Assembly (NCBI GenBank): GCA_950097015.1
Contig: CATNEN010000038.1
Coordinates: 27,652,001-27,716,000 of the forward strand
DNA: 64,000 nucleotides
Source: Macrostomum hystrix
Taxonomy: Eukaryota > Animalia > Platyhelminthes
Direction: 5' to 3'
Part shown: positions 28,401-38,175 of the stretch, piece after piece
Layout: every line of letters begins with the position of its first letter
How positions within the stretch are numbered: position 1 is the first letter of the stretch
Made by a program: the position numbers and the translations under genes
Notes under the pieces: model-generated
The model's database searches: none
Told to the model about the DNA's origin: nothing
The model's input: only the letters and a program-made list of their open reading frames with translations

Positions 28401-28822
28401 CTCAATAGCATGACTATCAACCAATACTGTCTCCCACTGCCACTGAATGATAGCCAGAATTTAGTGTTAGACTAGCAATTTGTGTTTAAATTTTTTCCCC
28501 CTGTCCTGCGGAACAGATCTGTACAAGTGTAAATCGATAGAGTCGGAACCTGCTAAAATAAACAGACGCTAACAGTGATGCTTACAGCAAGTAAGTGTGT
28601 CCATTAGGGTGGCTTTTAGAACCCAGAGACTAATAGCTCTTTGTCGGCAGGGACCAAAATAAATGATGTTCTGTTGCTATGCAGAGATATTTATGTTTTG
28701 AATGCTTTGATGTTCAAGTGCTGCTGCAGCAGCTGACCACTGTAGTGTGTGCAAACACAGAGACACTGAGCTATTCCTGTGCGGAATACTAGATAGATAG
28801 ACAGATAGATAGATAGATAGAC

Positions 28823-28909
<87 letters not shown>

Positions 28910-28918
28910 CAGATAGAC

Positions 28919-28989
<71 letters not shown>

Positions 28990-29010
28990 CAGATAGATAG
29001 ATAGATAGAC

Positions 29011-29053
<43 letters not shown>

Positions 29054-29269
29054 AGATAGATTGACAGATTGATAGATAGATATAGATAGATACATATATA
29101 CATAGACAGATAGATAGATAGACAGATAGATAGATAGATAGATTGACAGATTGATAGATAGATATAGATAGATACATATATAAATAGACAGATAGATAGA
29201 CAGATAGATAGATAGACAGATAGATAGATAGACAGATAGATAGATAGACAGATAGATAGATAGATAGAC

Positions 29270-29305
<36 letters not shown>

Positions 29306-32300
29306 GATTGATTGACAGATTGATAGATTGACAGATTGATAGATTGACAGATTGATAGATAGATTTAATTTTCAAAACAAATTCTCACCAGCAAAGAATC
29401 CCACAGCCGCAATGAGAAGCAGGATGAAGAGCAGGAGTATGGCTATTGTTAACTTTGTGCTCCAATGCAGTCGATTTGACTTCTTGCTAGTTGAATAGCT
29501 GGAATAGGCGAATGTACCTCCGCCCACGCCACCAACACCGCCGCCGCCGCCGCCGCCACCGCCGCCGCTAGAGTCAGTGCCGCTAGGCAGGTAGTGACCT
29601 CCGACGAAGCCGACAGCTCCGATGCCGGCGTCACTAATCAATGGCGATGCCAGTTTGTTAGATCTGAAAGCAATCGTGTACATGCTTGAATGAGATAACT
29701 GTGAGGGGGTGAGACAGAAAATGATATGAAAAGTATGAAATATTATATCGTAGAAAGCGAATATTTAAAACTAGGGAGTTGTAGCCTAGTTATTAGAGCG
29801 TCGAACTCGCGACTTGAAGGTCGGGGGTTCGATTCACGACTCTACTTTAACAATGTCTGTCCTTTAGCAAGACACTTAACTCTGCATTGCTTCAGTTCAC
29901 CCAGCTGTTAAATGGGTCACCCATCTGACCCAACTGTGGCAGGTGTAATCAATGATTGTGATTATTTTATTTATTAATCAAAGCATATACTTGTTGAACT
30001 CAATAAATGCTTTTAATGTTGATTGTCGCAATCGCATTCGTGACAGAGAGTAATTTTATGACTCACTCATTCAGTTAAAAAACCATTAACCGGCAGCTCA
30101 TATAATTCCCAATCAAATATTATTCTAGAAGATTAGTTAAGCTCACTCATAACGGCATTAGTGAGGCACTTCTTATTAACAATTCTAGATTTATTTTCAG
30201 AAGCAACAGCCGCGGTGCCACTCGAAAGAATTGACTAAAAAGTTTGCTTGTTTTGGCTGTTCCACAGACAAGCCAAAGCGTGCGAATCAATGAGAAAATG
30301 ACTCATACAAAAAGCACTGGCGCAAGGCTGAAAAAAAAATGCCTTCAGGCTGTGACATCATGGTATTGATTTCTGACTGACAAAAATTGATGGCTTTTTC
30401 AACGCGACGACGCGACATGTTGGGCTGCCATTTCCTTTCGCTTTAGTCCCTGCTCAATGCTCGTTGATGTTGATGGTCTCATAATCTAGTTCAATCATTT
30501 GTCTCTTGTGTGTGGTATCACTTCTCTACCTATCTTATCTATCTCATTAATTCTCACTCCCTATCTTATCTATCTCATCAATTCTCACTCCCTCTCTTAT
30601 CTATCTCATCAATTCTCACTCCCTCACTAATCTATCTCATCAATTCTCACTCCCTATCTTATCGGTCTCATCAATTCTCACTCCCTATCTTATCGGTCTC
30701 ATCAATTCTCACTCCCTATCTTATCTATCTCATTAATTCTCACTCCCTATCTTATCTATCTCATCAATTCTCACTCCCTCTCTTATCTATCTCATCAATT
30801 CTCACTCCCTCACTAATCTATCTCATCAATTCTCACTCCCTATCTTATCGGTCTCATCAATTCTCACTCCCTATCTTATCGGTCTCGGGCCGTAGTGGCA
30901 GAGCGGTCTGACCCGTTTGCCTCTCGCCTCGATGTCATTGAGTTCGATTCCGCGGCGAGGCCACATTTATTTGGGGCACAGCTTCGGAGAGAAGGCTTAG
31001 GGGGCTTGTCGTGCAATTTACGCTCTTGAGGACCAACCTCCAAGGCACAGTTAGAGTGTACACTGTCCGACGATGAGAAAGTCAGGGCTGATATTCACAC
31101 CTGTGTGAGCGTGTGTGCTCAGGAGTCAGCGGAATGGGCAGAATTGCCTCCTCGCTGGCTGCGGGTCTAGTGTCACCAAATGATAGTGCCATTGCCCGCA
31201 GCCCTCCTGCAAGTATTATATGTCTCTCTTATCTATCACACCAGTTCTCACCGTCTCTCTTATCTATCACACCAGTTCTCACTGTCTCTCTTATCTATCA
31301 CACTAGTTCTCACTGTCTCTCTTATCTATCACACCAGTTCTCACTGTCTCTCTTATCTATCACACAAGTTCTCACTGTCTCTTATCTATCACACCAGTTC
31401 TCACTGTCTCTCTTATCTATCACACAAGTTCTCACTGTCTCTTATCTATCACACCAGTTCTCACTGTCTCTCTTATCTATCACACCAGTTCTCACTGTCT
31501 CTCTTATCTATCACACCAGTTCTCACTGTCTCTCTTATCTATCACACCAGTTCTCACTGTCTCTCTTATCTATCACACCAGTTCTCACTGTCTCTCTTAT
31601 CTATCACACCAGTTCTCACTGTCTCTCTTATCTATCACACCAGTTCTCACTGTCTCTCTTATCTATCACACAAGTTCTCACTGTCTCTTATCTATCACAC
31701 CAGTTCTCACTGTCTCTCTTATCTATCACACCAGTTCTCACTGTCTCTCTTATCTATCACACCAGTTCTCACTGTCTCTCTTATCTATCACACCAGTTCT
31801 CACTGTCTCTCTTATCTATCACACCAGTTCTCACTGTCTCTCTTATCTATCACACCAGTTCTCACTGTCTCTCTTATCTATCACACCAGTTCTCACTGTC
31901 TCTCTTATCTATCACACCAGTTCTCACTGTCTCTCTTATCTATCACACAAGTTCTCACTGTCTCTTATCTATCACACCAGTTCTCACTGTCTCTCTTATC
32001 TATCACACCAGTTCTCACTGTCTCTCTTATCTATCACACCAGTTCTCACTGTCTCTCTTATCTATCTATCTTATTAATTCTTAATCTATACTTCTCAGTG
32101 ATCTACCTTTGTTTATCATAACTTTCTTATTAATCCAATCAAATCAATCCTATTTATATAAACTGAATTAGTTTTCACTCCAATACGAAGGAACTATTTT
32201 CTCTTCTTGAAATATAGAGAAGTAGAACTGGCAGACAGCTGGTTAATCAACATTAAATTGAATTACTCGTTTCCCTGATCCCAGCATTCAGTTTTGCTTT

Positions 32301-35300
32301 CGTCAGAAGGAAGACTTTAAACAAACTGAGCTTCATCCCTAACTGGGTCCACAAGACTATGAAATTTTAGAAGGAAATCTTTGCAAACAAAACTAATGAG
32401 ATCAGTGAGCTGTGTGGATCTCCATCTTCATCTCCATCTAGATACTGTTACATATCTTGGCATATTTCTCATACCGCAATATAGGCCCATTCTCCATTTA
32501 AGTCGGATCCAACAGCGTGATCTATTTCATGGTTCCGCTTTAAATCACTAAACTTTCTCATCCCAATACCCCTAATATATATAATATATATTCTCTACAT
32601 CTTATCTGTTTTTCTGTCCATCTCTTATCTCTCCTTTCTATCTCTGAATCTCTCTTGTCTATCTCGGAATCTCTCTTGTCTATCTCTGAATCTCTATTGT
32701 CTATCTCTGAATCTCTCTTGTCTATCTCTGAATCTCTCTTGTCTATCTCTGAATCTCTCTTGTCTATCTCTGAATCTCTCTTGTCTATCTCGGAATCTCT
32801 CTTGTCTATCTCTGAATCTCTCTTGTCTATCTTGTAATCTCTCTTGTCTATCTCGGAATCTCTCTTGTCTATCTCTGGATCTCTCTTGTCTATATCTGAA
32901 TATCTCTTGTCTATCTCTGAATCTCTCTTGTCTATCTCGGAATCTCTCTTGTCTATTTCTGAATCTCTCTTGTCTATCTTTGAATCTCTCTTGTTAATCT
33001 CTGAAGTCTACGAATAACGGTTACTTCAGCTGCATAGAGGTTTTACATTCTTCATGTAACTAAAGTAAATTTTTATTGAAAATATTTTTCGTTGGTAGCA
33101 AAATAACCCGCATTTCTAGAATTTTTAGCTTTTTACTGCAGCATTTAGTGATGACGCAATGTTTTCCCAAAGCTGCTGCTGCTGCTGCTGCTGCTGCTTG
33201 CGCAGGTACATGTGCATGTCTTTGACTAATTTTTTCACTCCTTAATAGTTGAACATGGCCTTCGGTAGCCATGCAGTTAAGCGCCGATTGCATAATTCTT
33301 GACTTGCCGTTAGCTAATTGCAGACCAATATCGTCAAATTTATGAATTTAGACAAAATGCTTCTATAAGAAACTACGAACTTAGTTTGGTAATCAATCAT
33401 AATCTGATTATTCTACACAATAGTTGATCTTAAAAGCAAAATAATATATATCTACAACTAAAGTTGCTAAGCTTACTAACTCAAGATTCAGCTCAAGCTA
33501 TAGCTATAGCTAGCTTATAGTTGCTAACTGGAGTCGAGGGTTAAGTGGGCTGTCGTCTTTGCGTTGCGTGACAAGCCATAAAAAGTCGTGCTTCTGTTCT
33601 TGTCTTTCTGTTCATGCAACTCTTTACAACTTATAAACGTTTTGGTTAAAATTTCAATTCAGAAAATAAATAGCTACTTGTACATTTGCTAATTTTGACG
33701 CACTCGAAAATTAACAATCGGCCTAGAAATTTCTCACCTATGACGCAATGACCCTGCTGTGTCATAGACTCCAGTTCTGCTGTCAAACAATTGCTGCTGT
33801 TGCTGCTGCTGCTGCTGTTGAAAAAGCCTTCTATCAGCTGTTGCCATGGGAACGCTACCAACTCCATTTCCATATGTCATGGCAAGGCCCGATTGTACTT
33901 GACCTAGAAAATGTTTATGTTCTTTGATAAAATTTCGTTGGGTTATCAATTTCAACAAGAGTAAAAAGAGACAAAAGATTGATGCAAGACAAGACACATC
34001 TGTACCGACAAATTATGCTTGTACAATTAGATCGCTTTCTTTCATGTTTCTTTTATCTCGATAACAATCAGACTAGTGTCAATCAGTGTGTCATTTAAAA
34101 TCATCTGGAAACTTTCACCTTTTGACCTGAACCGATTTTTTGCCTACTAATTAAGGTCTTGTCGTTCCTGCAGGGCGAAAATTTTAGTCCCTGATAGAAG
34201 ATAGTTAATCATAAGAATGTCATCCTTTGGGGCGGGTAGGTGACTAGGGGACACAGGTGAAAGTGTACAGTGTCTGACGATGAAAAACTTTATTTACAGC
34301 AAAAAATTTTAGAACACATTTGAAGCTAGTGTTATGCAGCAGTGTGTTATGCAGGTAGTGTAATGAAATCCCAATGGGAAATTTCAACGGAGATTGCAAT
34401 TTACAATTGGAGCTTAAAATTCCCAAGAGTAAGGGCATTGTGCTATTTCGTTAATTTGCGCAAATTTCGCTCTAAACTTCGACCCATGTAGATGCAAGCC
34501 TCAGTGGGTACCGATCGTCTTAAGTTATATAATAGCTATAAAGCTTATTTATATACACACCCCCAGTGCGGGAGAATTTTCCCTTGGCGAATTCCCTAAA
34601 GGGCGAAATTGCGTCTCTTTGTGTATTCTTCCCTGCATGCCCGCCTTTCGCTGTGACCCGAGGCGAGAAAATGTTAGCTGGTTGTCTGTAAGTAACCCCA
34701 ATAGGTTGCATACAATGGTAAGTACGCGAAATTAGCAGCTCACAAGTATTAGACTCAAACAAACCAAATGCATAGACGGGTATTGGAGTGAGAGAAGATC
34801 TACTTTCTTCTTCTGTCTTTCAGTCAGGTTAATATTACGTAACTATAGAAGCCAGTCACATAAACGATGTATATACAGATATAGCCATGGGGCATGTGCA
34901 ATGAATCGCTGCCAAGAGCAAAGGCAAAATTAAATACTTATATGTATAAAGAAGATTTAGGCTGGGGCGGAGATGGATTTAGGCGAATATTACATAACCT
35001 TAATATCGCGCGTAATACAATACATTGTGGAGCAATTTAAATTGTCTTATTAATGGCTTTATAGCTAGCTAGATGCATACTTTCACACTCTCACCTTCTT
35101 CACGTTTCATTACGTGCAAAAAATGCTGTCTTAGACTTCTGCTTGGAAGAAAAATTTGTAAAAAGACTGGGGGAGACGGGAGACAAGACTGGGGGAGACA
35201 CAGGAGACAAGACAGAGGGAGACACAACAGACAAGACAGAGGGAGACACAACAGACAAGACAGAGGGAGACACAACAGATAAGACAGAGGGAGACACAAC

Positions 35301-38112
35301 AGATAAGACAGAGGGAGACACAACAGATAAGACAGAGGGAGACGAGAGACAAGACAGTGGGAGACACAACAGACAAGACAGAGGTAGACACAACAGATAA
35401 GACAGAGGGAGACACAACAGACAAGACAGAGGGAGACACAACAGACAAGACAGAGGGAGACACAACAGATAAGACAGAGGGAGACACAACAGATAAGACA
35501 GAGGGAGACACAACAGACAAGACAGAGGGAGACACAACAGACAAGACAGAGGGAGACACAACAGACAAGACAGAGGGAGACACAACAGACAAGACAGAGG
35601 GAGACACAACAGACAAGACAGAGGGAGACACAACAGACAAGACAGAGGGAGACACAACAGACAAGACAGAGGGAGACACAACAGACAAGACAGAGGGAGA
35701 CACAACAGACAAGACAGAGGGAGACGAGAGACAAGACAGTGGGAGACACAACAGACAAGACAGAGGGAGACGAGAGACAAGACAGTGGGAGACACAACAG
35801 ACAAGACAGAGGGAGGCACAACAGACAAGACAGAGGGAGACGGAGATAAGACAGAGGGAGACACAACAGACAAGACAGAGGGAGACACAACAGACAAGAC
35901 AGAGGGAGACACAACAGATAAGACAGAGGGAGACACAACAGACAAGACAGAGGGAGACACAACAGATAAGACAGAGGGAGACACAACAGACAAGACAGAG
36001 GGATACGAGAGACAAGACAGTGGGAGACACAACAGACAAGACAGAGGGAGACGAGAGACAAGACAGTGGGAGACACAACAGACAAGACAGAGGGAGGCAC
36101 AACAGACAAGACAGAGGGAGACGGAGATAAGACAGAGGGAGACACAACAGACAAGACAGAGGGAGACACAACAGACAAGACAGAGGGAGACACAACAGAT
36201 AAGACAGAGGGAGACACAACAGATAAGACAGAGGGAGACACAACAGATAAGACAGAGGGAGACACAACAGACAAGACAGAGGGAGACACAACAGACAAGA
36301 CAGAGGGAGACACAACAGACAAGACAGAGGTAGACACAACAGACAAGACAGAGGGAGACACAACAGACAAGACAGAGGGAGACGAGAGACAAGACAGTGG
36401 GAGACACAACAGACAAGACAGAGGGAGACACAACAGACAAGACAGAGGGAGACGAGAGACAAGACAGAGGGAGACACAACAGACAAGACAGAGGGAGACA
36501 CAACAGACAAGACAGAGGGAGACACAACAGACAAGACAGAGGGAGACACAACAGACAAGACAGAGGGAGACACAACAGACAAGACAGAGGGAGACACAAC
36601 AGACAAGACAGAGGGAGACACAACAGACAAGACAGAGGGAGACACAACAGACAAGACAGAGGGAGACACAACAGACAAGACAGAGGGAGACACAACAGAC
36701 AAGACAGAGGGAGACACAACAGACAAGACAGAGGGAGACACAACAGACAAGACAGAGGGAGACACAACAGACAAGACAGAGGGAGACACAACAGACAAGA
36801 CAGAGGGAGACACAACAGACAAGACAGAGGGAGACACAACAGACAAGACAGAGGGAGACACAACAGACAAGACAGAGGGAGACACAACAGACAAGACAGA
36901 GGGAGACGGAGATAAGACAGAGGGAGACACAACAGACAAGACAGAGGGAGACACAACAGATAAGACAGAGGGAGACACAACAGACAAGACAGAGGGAGAC
37001 ACAACAGACAAGACAGAGGGAGACACAACAGATAAGACAGAGGGAGACACAACAGACAAGACAGAGGGAGACACAGGAGAGACAAGGCAGAGGGAGACAC
37101 AGGAGAGACAAGACAGAGACACAAGTCAGATAGATATGAAGAGGGAGGGAGACGGATGAAAACGGAATTGTGAAATTGAATGATCCAAGTATAAAATAAC
37201 AGAGAAATTAATCTATTCCGGGAATCAATAATGATTTCATAAGCAACAGAATTAAGGTAAAACCTTAATTTGGTATGCAGAATTCATATCTATGATAGCT
37301 AACGGATCCCGTCTTCAATATTGGAACAAAGAAATTTGAAAGGCAGGTAAACAGACCCAGTAGATAACTAGACACGAGTGTGGGGAGATATTGTAGATTA
37401 AAACATCGAGGAATGCACCGAGAAGGGCGAAAAAACGCTGGAAAAAATCTCCCACCCTTATATTTGTTTAAGTCCCGGGGTCGATTCCATTAGCTATTCC
37501 TTGCTATAGTCTTTGTTCCCAGAATATTTTTCAGAGATAACTGCCGCGATTACTATCGGTATAGAATGGAGTCGCGAGTAAATAATAGAGGATTTGGGCC
37601 TTATCCACATAAATAGTTAGGTCCCACTGAGTCAAATGTGCTTAGCGTTGGATTAGTGGCACTCTACAGGGTCTTCGTATTTTTAACAATCGTATCAGAA
37701 GGGGCTCGAACTAGGGACGCTCGGGTGGAAAACCTGTTGGCATTGTATGAACACCTGCTTAAATAGTCTAGCTATATCAGTAAATAACAGTAAACTGCTC
37801 AAACAAAAGATTTGTATGACCTAAATTCGGGACTATAGAAACTTCGAGTGATTGAAATATGACCCGATGGATATTTGATAGCTAGTTTCTAGGGCCCGGT
37901 CGACGCGTGGCCTTTTAAACTGCTCAACGATATTGATAAATTGATTTCAAATGTGAAACAAAGGACAGCAATCCAGTGGTTCAGCGGATCATAGCAGAAC
38001 CTGGAATCTATTCTCGATTTTAGCAAGTGACACCTCACACACCAACGATTATAAGCACTATTCATTTGTACCTGTTGGAAGATAGAATGCATTTGCTGAA
38101 TCCACACTACAG

Positions 38113-38175
<63 letters not shown>

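Noticed and set aside
17455-32837. Repetitive ORFs (LPCLIS, ILET, SSPLL, MKGD, IYLS, LSITPV, SISESLL)
   Set aside because: All coincide with intronic tandem arrays.
35069-37133. 660-680-aa Cys/Leu/Ser ORFs and their antisense ORFs
   Set aside because: Artefacts of the 24-bp minisatellite, which is open in most frames.
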